Positions 33,559 to 44,317 of a DNA stretch of 44,317 bases are shown here, piece by piece. The stretch spans positions 144,084,635 through 144,128,951 of the forward strand of contig NC_068982.1 in assembly GCF_001194135.2 (NCBI RefSeq), in the 5' to 3' direction. A model generated the notes under the pieces. That model saw only the letters and a list, made by a program, of their open reading frames with translations, made no database searches and had not been told where the DNA came from. Within the stretch, counting starts at the first letter, position 1. The number at the start of each line of letters is the position of its first letter. A program made the position numbers and the translations under genes. This DNA is from Octopus bimaculoides (lineage: Eukaryota).

Positions 33559-34424
33559 CTAAAAAAGAAGAAAAAAATTGAGTATGATTTAAACATTTTA
33601 TTGGTGATACCTTTAATACTAATGTAGCCTCTTAGTTTACTTGTGCTCTGCATCTCAAGCAAGACAGTTAATTTCACATACACAGTGCTACATCTTCAAA
33701 TCATTTCTCTTTAGATTCAATAGATCTTTTGCATTTAATAATCATAACTCACTGACTCATGCTGTCAACTTTTTGCAAAGAGAAATAAACTCATTTGATG
33801 ACAACAACATCAACAATTTACTACCTAAGTATCTATGTTTTCACTGCAACCACCAGCACTACTAATTACTAGTAACAGAAACTATCAACTATTTAATGCA
33901 GAAATTATCAACTTCATCTGAGAAGCAGTTAATGCACCTCATTTCAACAGAACATTTACTGCTGCTATTCATGTTTGTCTAGTTATATCTGAACTCTGTA
34001 TGTCAGGCTGCGTCTGTTGTCTACCCAATGTGTTTATTGAGTGCACAGTATCAAGTTCCTACTTAATATCTTTCTACGTATCTGGCAAAGTAATGTGGTT
34101 GCTTGGTTTGCTAGAAACAGCAGCCAAACCCCCCACCACCACCACCACCAAAACCACACCCTGCTGTTTTGAAAAATGGACAACACAGTCATAAATATAC
34201 AAAAGTAAAGACAGTCGTGACCAGAATGCCATTGATCAAAGGCCTGTTTGAATCAAGGCTAACCTGGAGTTGAACAACATAATTATCTTGCTTACCTTAA
34301 CTACATCAATTACACTATCTTTATAGTTCAGTGCTCCCTCTTTTGCTCTTAGTATCTACTCAAAATAACAAACTTATGTTCCTTAAATCAACTTCTCTGT
34401 AATCAATTCACTGTAAAGAAGCCA

Positions 34425-34886
34425 GATGAAGAGACTAAGTGATTTGATGATGCCAGTGGCATGTAAAAAGCACCTGTGAAGCGTTGGGCCTCACAGAGGC
34501 AATGTAGCCAATGCCAGTGTCACATAACAGGTACCCGTGCTTCTGGCACATAAAAAGCACCTTCCGAGTGTTGGGCCTCATGGAGACAATGACAAATGAC
34601 CGAGATCTTTGGCAATATGCTGTGCTTGAGAAGAAGACTCATCAAGCCAAGCAAAATCATAGTCATGCCAGATACTGAAGTCACACAACTGGCACCTGTG
34701 CTGATGGCACATAAAAGCACCCACTACACTCTTGGAGTGGTTGATGTTAGGAAGGACACCCAGCTGTAGAAACCTTGCCAAATCAGACTGGAGTCTGGCA
34801 CAGCCCATCAGCCTACCAGCCCTGATCAAACCACCCAACCCATGCCAGTATGGGCAATGGACATTAAAATATGATGATGATGATGA
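34425..34886 (+). mobile_element. Diverged RTE 3'-end copy
   Basis: ORF-end-like sequence, subunits, module and (GAT)n tail. Confidence 0.75.
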
Positions 34887-35607
34887 ATTCCTGGGTGGAA
34901 GGGTTGATTTGTCACCCAGTTTAACATGGCCTCCTAACCCCTGTATTCTGGTCTGCTGTTCAATCTGAGGATATTTGGTGTTATTTCCTACACAAGCCAC
35001 AATAAAGAGATTGAGTTGGATTCATATTTCGGTTCTAAACCTTATAGCCTTTTTTACACGAGGCATTTATAAGGTTGTTGAAAGATGGAATGAGGTAATT
35101 TAAAGCATTGGAGAGTATGTTAATGAATAAATATTCCCATAGTCATTGGCTTATTCATTTTTACCTTAGATCTTTAAATTGGACATTACTTTTGCACCAA
35201 CCTGATATTTTTAATAGGTACTAATACAACTTTTGTCAGTATCACCTCTTTAACATCAACACTTATATTTATCACCACTGAAGGACTGTGAGCCAATGTA
35301 CAAAGCTTTATGCAATTATTTGACTTACATAGAAAAGTAGATAAAAATCTTTCCAATCATATATTACCATTTTAAAAAATAAAAAAATATCCATTGAATA
35401 ATGTAGTCCTGAATACACTATACCTTCAAATAAGATTGGATGGTCACAGCTTGAAAACCTTTTGATTAAAGTATGTTTGATCAGGGATAACCATTGGATT
35501 AAACAACATACAATCACTAATTTACACAACCTCGGACCATCATCATTAATACTAGCAATATTTAAAAGAATTTGAAATATATCAAAAGAATTTCCATGGA
35601 AACTTAC

Positions 35608-35753
35608 ATTGATAACTGTTTCGGTGTCCCAGGGTAAAATCGTTCGCAGATCTATCACATCACAGCCAACATTCAAACGGTCTTCTGCCATAGTAGCAAC
35701 TTCTCGTAGGACATGTACCTGAGTTCCCCAACCAATAAGTGTTACATCAGAAC
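35608..35753 (-). CDS. BCKDHB: BCKDHB exon ([19 protein letters not shown]...[17 protein letters not shown])
   Basis: cttag acceptor and gtaagt donor, 146 nt, phase 1 to phase 0. Confidence 0.95.
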
Positions 35754-36276
35754 CTAAGAAAGTAATAACAATTAGACAATACAAAGACACCAGATGTATG
35801 TGTGTATGCGTTTGTTGATATGTCTCTCTGTATTCAGTAACATAAATCTTTCACCAATTGTTTTGAAAAACTTTAAGATAGTTGAACAAAATAATACTAA
35901 AAAACAAATGTAATTTTCTCACAATGATAAGAAAGATATAGGGAGAATTAATAAAATGAATATAATTAAAACAGCCACCAATTTAGATGATAGAAGAATG
36001 ACTGTTATTCTTCCGCAAAATTCCATGGTTTGTTAGATCAGTTTTTATTTTTGGTTTGTAAAGTGGTTGGAGGCCTCCGTCCATAGAAACCATGCCAAAG
36101 CTGATCTGGAGCTCAACACAGCCTTGCAGCTCACCATGTCCTATCAAATCATCCAATCCATGCCAGCATGGAAAACAGACATTAAATGATGATGTTGATG
36201 ATATAGATATATATATATATANNNNNNNNNNNNNNNNNNNNNNNNNNNNNNNNNNNNNNNNNNNNNNNNNNNNNNN

Positions 36277-36307
<31 letters not shown>

Positions 36308-36349
36308 TATATATACATGGATACACATACACACACACATATATAAAGG

Positions 36350-36700
36350 GTCAGGGGTAAAGATCCCCTTCAGTCATGAATGATCATGGGATTGCACCTA
36401 GAAAGTTACCCTCCAAGGCACAAATTTGGGCAAGGCTGTTTATGGAAGACCAGCAGTTGCCCATGCACACCAGCCTCCCCTCTCCACACCATTGATGTTA
36501 TCCAAGGGAAAGGCAAAGGCCAATACAGCTTGGTACCAGTGACATCCCAACTCATTTTTACAGTTGAGTGAACTGGAGCAAGGTAAAAATAAAGTGTTTT
36601 GCTCAAGAACACAACACGTCCCAGTCCAGGAACTGAACTCACTATCTCATGATTGTGAGTCCAATGTTCTACCCACTGAGCCATGTACCTTCACTATGCT
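36350..36700 (-). mobile_element. tRNA-derived SINE
   Basis: Minus strand has an A box (tggctcagtgggtag), a B-box-like gagttcagttcc and a central gtgttcttgagcaaaacact. Confidence 0.65.
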
Positions 36701-37024
36701 GATACATATATGTGTGTACATGCATGTGTTTGAATATTTACATTCTTGCATGGAAGTGTTGAACACAAAACAATGAAATTATGTTGATATTCTGTTAATA
36801 AATTGTTCTCCACCTTTGTGCTTTTGAGAACAAGTGGAATTTTTAAAAATCCCTCACTTGAAAAACACATCAGAATTAGAAACAGGAAAGGCATCTAACT
36901 GTAAAACAATGTCTCAATACATGTCTAATCCATGCTAACATGGAAAAATGAACATAAAATGAACAAATGACTGAGATCAAGGAAATAATGGAGCAGGTAG
37001 ATTTAAATAAAATTTGAGATTTAC

Positions 37025-37196
37025 CTTCCACAATTACTTCAGCTTTAGACAATGGTATTTCAAAGGAACCGACAGGAACCTCTTCTACCGATGACCGATA
37101 AAGAATTTTAGGTTCAAAAAATATACAAGGGTTTCTGTCTTTGATACAGCTTAAAAGAAGACCTTTTGCTTGAATTGGGCCACGTGGGATAACAAC
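37025..37196 (-). CDS. BCKDHB: BCKDHB exon ([41 protein letters not shown]...AEVIVEG)
   Basis: tttcag acceptor and gtaaat donor, 172 nt. Confidence 0.95.
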
Positions 37197-37850
37197 CTGA
37201 AAAAAAAAAAAATTCATCATTTTTATGTCTATTTTGCCATCATGAATTGAATAGGTTATTTTGTATCAAAGCATCTTGCCATTGTGCGAGTCCTTTGTCA
37301 TTTCCTTCAAGAAGTTCAGTCTTGTGAGATCAACGATCACTATTACTTTATGTCTTCCTTTTCCACAGTTAGATCACTTGGCACTTCTTTACCTAACTCA
37401 TCTCTTACAGGCATCAACACAGGCTCTTTTCTGGCTCACTACATCTGCTTTCTTTTACACCCCGTTTTTTCTCAGCTCATTTGTTCACTATCCCTCATGC
37501 TACAGCTACATTCTCTGCCTTCATACCTTTAATCATGCTTCCAATCATATAGCTGTCAACTTTAATAGCTGATCCTTCTGTTAGTTTTACTTAGAATAAA
37601 TCTTCTTTCTATCATATATTATCCTCAGTCAATGGCTTCTTGAAGTAAAATTTTCAAACATCTTGGTGTCAGCAAAGACAGCCTCATTACTATCATTTTG
37701 TATATACTTTTACCCTACAATATCTTGTTTTACACTGACACACTGCTTTGCAATCTGGAACACCTCAGGTCTCTGGCCCTCTCATTGCTGAACACTAGCA
37801 AACTCTTACTTTCAATTTTTTTTTTTTTTTCTGATATACTATACCTAATG

Positions 37851-38230
37851 TGGAGGTGCAATGGCCGTGGTTAGGGCAGCAGATTTGCAGTCATAGGATT
37901 GCGGTTTCGATTCCCAGACTGGGCATTGTGTGTGTTTATTGAGCGAAAACACCTAAAGCTCCACGAGGCTCTGGCAGGGGATGGTGGCGAACCCTGCTGT
38001 ACCCTTCCACCACAACTTTCTCTCACTCCTTACTTCCTGTTTCTGTTGTGCCTGTAATTCAAAGGGTCAGCCTTGTCACACTGTGTCACGCTGAATCGCC
38101 CCGAGAACTACGTTACGGGTACACGTGTCTGTGGAGTGCTCAGCCACTTGCACGTTAATTTCACGAGCAGGCTGTTCCGTTGATCGGATCAACTTGAACC
38201 CTCGACGTCGTAAGCGACGGAGTGCCAACA
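37851..38230 (+). mobile_element. Full-length tRNA-derived SINE (380 bp) with a 13-bp TSD
   Basis: A box tggccgtggttagg, B box ggtttcgattccc and an AAC tail. TSD actatacctaatg at 37838-37850 and 38231-38243. Confidence 0.9.
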
Positions 38231-39116
38231 ACTATACCTAATGCTTAACATCTCTCCTGATATTGTTCCTTGTTTCCTCACTTCATTCAAATATTTTCAG
38301 AATTGTCTGTCCATGTCCATCCACATCTGTCTATCTGGTTGCTATGTGTTGGATGGGTCATTCTGCTCATCTAGTTGGGTCTGGGTATCATATCTGATTT
38401 ATAAGTTTCATTATATAATATAAATATCCATTTGTAAGCAAGAATCTTAAGATACAAAATACAGGCGTCATGATAACAACTGAACCAGACTAGAAAGTTG
38501 CACATTTGATTATGTGAACAACACTTATTTTTCAATTAAGCATTCACATATCCAACTGGGTAGAAGACTTTGTTGGTTACCTGCTTTAGGACCGTCCAGA
38601 CTAGCTCCCTGGTCCAACTTAATATTTCTTATGTTCCACTTCCCAATATAGTAACCCAAGTGTCATAATCTTTTCCCCTACAACAACTAGTTTCAAAGGC
38701 CTTGTAAAATTTCATTGACACTGTTCTTCCTCTTCTAATGCATTAAAAAATTGTTTATGTTATGCAGAGTTTATATCATGTAATATGAAATATGCAGAAT
38801 TTGCTTAATAACTTTACATAGCAGGGTTTGGTGTATATAAAACTCTTTTCTCTCCCACAAACATACCTGTAATACAAATTCTTTCAAAGTATCTTGATGG
38901 TACATGCTGTATGTCATGAAGTTGGCACATGTGTGTCTGAAGTTTCAATACACCACCACCAGAGATATTTTCTTTTTGATTTTGTGTATTTCCAAGAAAA
39001 ATGTAAATACGAGTAAAACTTTCAGAAAATTCTGTAGACAAGGAGCTTCTAGAATTGTATAGTCAATTTTCTTTTTTGATTGCAATTGATCTTATTGAAT
39101 TAATTATAATAGTTAC

Positions 39117-39272
39117 CTTTAGTCCAGGGACATGGGCAAAAAGTGCTTCAGGGCTCTGTGAATGGTATAAGGCACCATGTCCTACTGCACCCGAAGGTGT
39201 ACGAATGGTAAGACCACCAATGTTAAATAGATTACCAGTACGATATCGGAATTTTGCAGCTTCATTCACAAT
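39117..39272 (-). CDS. BCKDHB: BCKDHB exon ([13 protein letters not shown]...[22 protein letters not shown])
   Basis: tttcag acceptor and gtaact donor, 156 nt. Confidence 0.97.
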
Positions 39273-39699
39273 CTGAAATGGGAAGAACAATATATTTTTT
39301 TTGCTTTTGAGTTGCATTAATAGCAATAGTAATAACATCAAAGAAAAAAGTTATAATTCTTTTGGTATACCACAATGAAAGTGAAAATATTAGAAAGTAG
39401 AATATAATGTAATAGAAAAAACCCCCAACAAACTACACTATTGTATTGTTTAACCCAAGGTTAACTATGTAACAAAGAATTCTCCCCCAGGGGCATAAAA
39501 TTTATTTTACTGTTTAAACTAATATTACTATTTGTCTATGTAGAACAACATAAGTTTCTCAGACACTACTGTTTTGCTATATGATTAATCAGACCTAAGG
39601 TAAAAGGCAGTCTAGCAGGGATCACTCAATTTATTTTCAAATATAACTTATAATGGGACTACACGTTATGTTCTAGAGCAAGACACTTAATTTTACATC

Positions 39700-39905
39700 A
39701 CTTCAGCCCACTCAGCTTGCAAAACTGAGTTGTACCTGTATTTCAAAGGGTCAGCCTTGTCACACTGTCATGCTGAATCTACCTGAGAACTATGTTAGAG
39801 ATATGTGACTGTGGAGTGCTCAGCCACTTGCACTTTCATTTCATGAGCAGGTTGTTCTATTGATTGGATCAACCGGAACCCTTGTTGTCGTAACCGACAG
39901 AGAGC
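39700..39905 (+). mobile_element. Partial copy of the same SINE family as 37851-38230
   Basis: tcaaagggtcagccttgtcacactg...gtggagtgctcagccacttgcac shared with that copy. Confidence 0.8.
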
Positions 39906-40356
39906 CAATTATACACATGTATATATTCTTTTGTGCATCTCACCTTAAAAGCTGCAGCCATGCTGGAGCACCACCTGTGTAATCACTTTTTCCATGGCTA
40001 TTCTTAAGTGGTTGGCTTTTGGTGTAGGAGGGGGTTTAACACTGCTGCCCAATTTTGTCTTTCTTACCAGAGAAGATTCCGAGCAACTTGCTTTGCTAGA
40101 CATGTTTAGCAAAGTTGATTGGAATCTCCTGCCTAACTTTAAACTCAACCTGATGGAAGTGGAATTTTTCATGATGTAATTGATCTATTCATCAATAAAA
40201 GAAATGCTATTGAAACAGTTGTTATGAACCTTTAAAATCTACTTGTGTTCTTCTTTTATATTAAGGCCATACCTGCAACTATCCCTATGTTGGATCTATA
40301 ACTTACATTGGATCGTGAACCTACATGTGTATATGTACATATATCTATATGTGTAT

Positions 40357-40433
<77 letters not shown>

Positions 40434-40711
40434 TACACATGTATTATAAACCCTACAATTATTTTTAGAACAAAGCTTAACTCTTTTAAGCCTAGATTGT
40501 AGGATAACCTTGGAAAAACTAAATTGCAAAATAAGTCTTAGGGATTATAGGGTTTAATAATATTTGTACACATCGTTGAGATGTGTTGAAAGATGCTATA
40601 TTGCAGACATGTTCAAATGATGCTATATTAAAAACTGGGATAAGATATGATAATGAAAAGCACTGGAATTTAAAATATTAGCAATATGCCATTCAATGGG
40701 AGCAATTTTTA

Positions 40712-40975
<264 letters not shown>

Positions 40976-41485
40976 TTATTGGTTACATTTTCAAACCTTC
41001 CAGAAGAGATTTGTGAATTTAATATCAGTATTTTTACTTGTTTCAGACACATTTTAGCCATTCAAAAAACAATGAGTTTCAGTAGAACTATATCAGTGAC
41101 CAAATTGCAGATAATGCAACAGACATTTTAACACCAAATAATAAACGATCAAATGAAGTTAACAGTTTTTGTGTTTTTTGAATGTCTAAATTTACGTCTT
41201 CCATGATGTAATTGGTTTAATTTCACAGATCAAATCAATTACTCGGCAGTACAATTTCGAAATAGAAGTTTGTCATTATTTCAAAAGTAGTTATTAAGAA
41301 GTGACTGTTGAGACATATATATAAATAAACAAATATTAAAAGAAAAAGAAACGTAAAAGTTGATTAAAGTGAACCCAGTACCTGACCAGTACACATCTTA
41401 TTAACTTTGAAAGGATAAAAGATAAAGACAACCAAAGCAGGATTTTAACTCATAAAAGAAGAAATAATAAGATGTTAAACATTAC

Positions 41486-41554
41486 CAAATTTATCTTTTA
41501 AGCCTACAGTACATCGGAAAACTCCTCCAAAGGCTACATCTTCTCCAAATATAA
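41486..41554 (-). CDS. BCKDHB: BCKDHB exon ([23 protein letters not shown]); upstream exons not found in the window
   Basis: ctacag acceptor and gtaatg donor, 69 nt. GEDV...GGVFR motif. Not in the ORF track. Confidence 0.95.
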
Positions 41555-41729
41555 CTGTAGATAAAAAACATAAATAAAACATGCATTAAATTTTTAACTT
41601 CAGTGATTAGTAAATAATACATCAACTGATTTGCTATTTTTTTTTCTTTAGGCAAAATAGTGTTACAAATATTTTGTTGTCATCACTTTTATGTTTTATC
41701 ATTCTAACATTGTTTTCAAGATTATTTTA

Positions 41730-41885
41730 GATGTGGCTGTATGGTTAAGGCACTTGCTTCCCAGCCATGTGATCTTAGGTTCAGTCCCACTGCACAGCAT
41801 CTTGGGCAAGTGTCTTCTATTATAGTCCCAGATCAACCAAAGCCTTGGGAATGGATTTAAAAGACAGAAACTGAAAGAAGCCCAT
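41730..41885 (+). mobile_element. tRNA-derived SINE; relatives on the minus strand at about 3300-3475 and 33150-33315
   Basis: tggctgtatggttaag (A box), ggttcagtccc (B box) and cttgggcaagtgtcttcta core. Confidence 0.7.
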
Positions 41886-41899
41886 GGTGTATGTATATA

Positions 41900-42290
41900 T
41901 CATCATCATTTAACATCTATTTTCCATGCTAACACGGGTTCGCCGGTTTGACAGGAGCTGGCCAGGCTCCATGTCTGCTTTGGCATGATTTCTATGGCTG
42001 GACACCCTTCCTAACGCCAACCATATATTTATATGGGGGAAGGCTGTATGAGGCCCAACACTTGAAAGGAACTCAACCACTTTGCCTCCATGAGGCCCAA
42101 CGCTTGAAAGGAACTCAGTCACGTTGTCTCCGTGAGGCCCAATGTTCAAAGGTTGATTTTTACATGCCACCAGCACAGGTGCACTTGGCTTGATGAGTCC
42201 TCTTAAACAGAGCATATCACCAAAGGTCTTGATCACTAGTCATTGTCTTCCTGGGTCTACCTCTACCACAGGTTGCCTCCAGAGTTAGAG
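41900..42290 (-). mobile_element. Diverged RTE 3'-end copy
   Basis: catcatcattttaacatc...tttctatggctggacacccttcctaacgccaacc. Confidence 0.7.
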
Positions 42291-43984
42291 ATCAGCACTT
42301 TAAATGAGTTATGGAGCAACTATATTGTTACTATAACAATGAAATGATAGAATGAACATGGAATTGAAAAACCTTGCTAAGACTTGAGTATAAACCTGCT
42401 ATACAGGTTTCACAGTGTTGATAGACAGAAGAATACTGAGAACAAAAATTAAACAACAACAAAGTCAATATATTATGCTGTGTAGAAAAGAAAGAAACAA
42501 TGTTGCAGACAATTTGTCTTTTGTTAAGCTCTACTTGTAGAGAAGAAGAAAAATGTGTCTGTATTCAATAATGGAATGGAATTGAGTTCCCATCACTGCA
42601 TTCCTCTTCCTCTTTCCTCCATCTCCCACTTTACTTTCTCACTCTTGTGAACTTTCAGCCCACTCACCCTGTTGCCTCTGTAATACTTCACTTATGTTCA
42701 CCCCATCCCACCACTACACCTTGAGGGTACACCCCCAACATATCTCCACCACCACCACCACCACCTCTCTCTCTCTCTCTCTGTATTTCTCCTCCTTTTG
42801 CCAACTGGGGTAGCCATGTATCTCCTGTACAACAACACATCAGTTTCTGTGCCTCTCATCAACTGGCATAAAGCCATCTCGCTCAGTTTTCCATGCTGGT
42901 ATTGGTTAGGAGTTCTCAACCATTTTCTATCTATGGACCTCAATAGTCACTTGACATTTAAAAACTAGTTTTATAGAAACTTCTATCGAAATTCCTATTT
43001 GTTTTGTTTTTCACACATTAACTCATGTAGGTTGAACTATGTAAAATGATAGAGAAAGAAACCTAGCTGTTTCTTGCAATACATACATCTAAAGCAAAAT
43101 TGTTTTAGGGGTCCTTAAAATACTATTGTGGATCCCCAATTTACTATTTTGTTGCATGGATCCCCAAAATTTCTTACATGGACCTTCAGGGGTCATATGA
43201 ACCCCAGTTAAGAACCACTGGGTTAGATAGATACTAACTTAAGGCAATATTTTATGGTTAGATGCCATTCCTGTTTTTCAAGTAATTTTTTTTTATCCCA
43301 CTTGATTTCAAAAGTGTATATTGTCCACAGGTAATATAAATATGACATCACTATCTTTTGTTCAGCTAATCTCATGTAAAGACATGGAAACATCAACATG
43401 TATGCACACAGACACACACACATATATTGTGGAGAAAATAGCAGTTGTGCAAGATGGTGCATGGAGAGTTCAGTTGGATGAAAAATAAGAAGAAAAGTGG
43501 TTTGTGGTGGGACAGGAGGGCAGAAATGATGCTAGTAGCTAAGGTTGAATGTCTGTCTGCATGGACAGCTGGTTGAGAGTAACAACATTGGAGAAAAGAA
43601 AATGTAGCTGAGATGGAGGAACTGTTAGAGAGGGATAACATTTGATGTGTATTGAGTAGAATGAAGAGAAACCAATTTATGTGTGAGAGTCTGTTGGCGA
43701 AAAGGTTTGTGTGGTTAATTGAAATGGAAATCAATTGAAATCAAAGTTGACAGATGTTTTAGAGATGGTAGATGTGAACTCTAACGTAGGGTGGAAAAAG
43801 TTGCTAAAAGAAATGGAGATAGTGTTGGTACAATAATCAATATAACAGCTGTATAACTGTTTTAGAGGGTGGAGGCCTCTAAAACAAGCGAAGATTTGGG
43901 CTTCAGTATATCCAAAATCTGGATGGTACAGCTAGAGGTGAAAAGCCTAGTACCCATAGCCACTCCAGTGAACTACAGATAATG

Positions 43985-44317
43985 TATGTTGGCAGATGAT
44001 GTATGTTGAGGGTTCCAGTTGATCTGATCAACGGAACAGCCTGCTTGTGAAATTAACATGCAAGTGGCTGAGCACTCCACAGACACGTGTACCCTTAACG
44101 TAGTTCTCGGGGAGATTCAGCGTGACACAGTGTGACAAGGCTGACCCTTTGAATTACAGGTACAGCAGAAACAGGAAGTAAGAGTGAGAGAAAGTTGTGG
44201 TGGAAGAGTACAGCAGGGTTCGCCACCATCCCCTGCCGGAGCCTCGTGGAGCTTTAGGTGTTTTCGCTCAATAAACACTCACAACGCCCGGTCTGGGAAT
44301 CAAAACCACGATCCTAT
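43985..44317 (-). mobile_element. tRNA-derived SINE, inverted near-identical relative of 37851-38230, cut by the window end
   Basis: The reverse complement aligns along about 320 nt with long identical blocks. Confidence 0.9.

Noticed and set aside
37852-37925. tRNA gene
   Set aside because: The tRNA-like head continues into a SINE body with a TSD. The same holds for the other A/B-box hits.
39945-40179. Overlapping 61-75 aa ORFs in a BCKDHB intron as a nested gene
   Set aside because: No recognisable motif and no consistent splice sites.
42907-43220. hAT-type MITE (taggagttctcaacc...gttaagaaccactg)
   Set aside because: The ends resemble hAT TIRs but match poorly and have no 8-bp TSD, so it is too weak to list.

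Overview
AT-rich animal genomic scaffold with six N gaps. The repeat content (RTE LINE 3' ends with (GAT)n tails, tRNA/CORE-type SINEs, TA/CA microsatellites) suggests an octopod cephalopod; this is inference. Four spliced genes were rebuilt by hand from splice sites and phase continuity, since the ORF track mostly misses them: the 3' part of TAF3 (+, 4 exons, PHD finger), TIMMDC1 (-, 7 coding exons, one cut by a gap), a two-exon PLCXD2/3-like PI-PLC X-domain gene (+, 316 aa) and BCKDHB (-, last 7 exons). Introns and intergenic DNA hold many transposon relics. The most unusual object is a perfect 212-bp CpG-rich foldback element (21909-22120). It has 81-bp TIRs, GG ends and an 8-bp TSD (Merlin-like), carries TTAGGG repeats able to form a G-quadruplex, and sits between the divergent TIMMDC1 and PLCXD starts. 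Other notable items are a second GG/8-bp-TSD element, a CCAAT/TATA-rich inverted-repeat element, an ORF1-only L1/Tx1 relic, and inverted retroelement pairs around TIMMDC1 and BCKDHB exons. I found no rRNA, tRNA gene or CRISPR array, and no clearly new protein-coding system. All family assignments come from motif recognition, not database searches.
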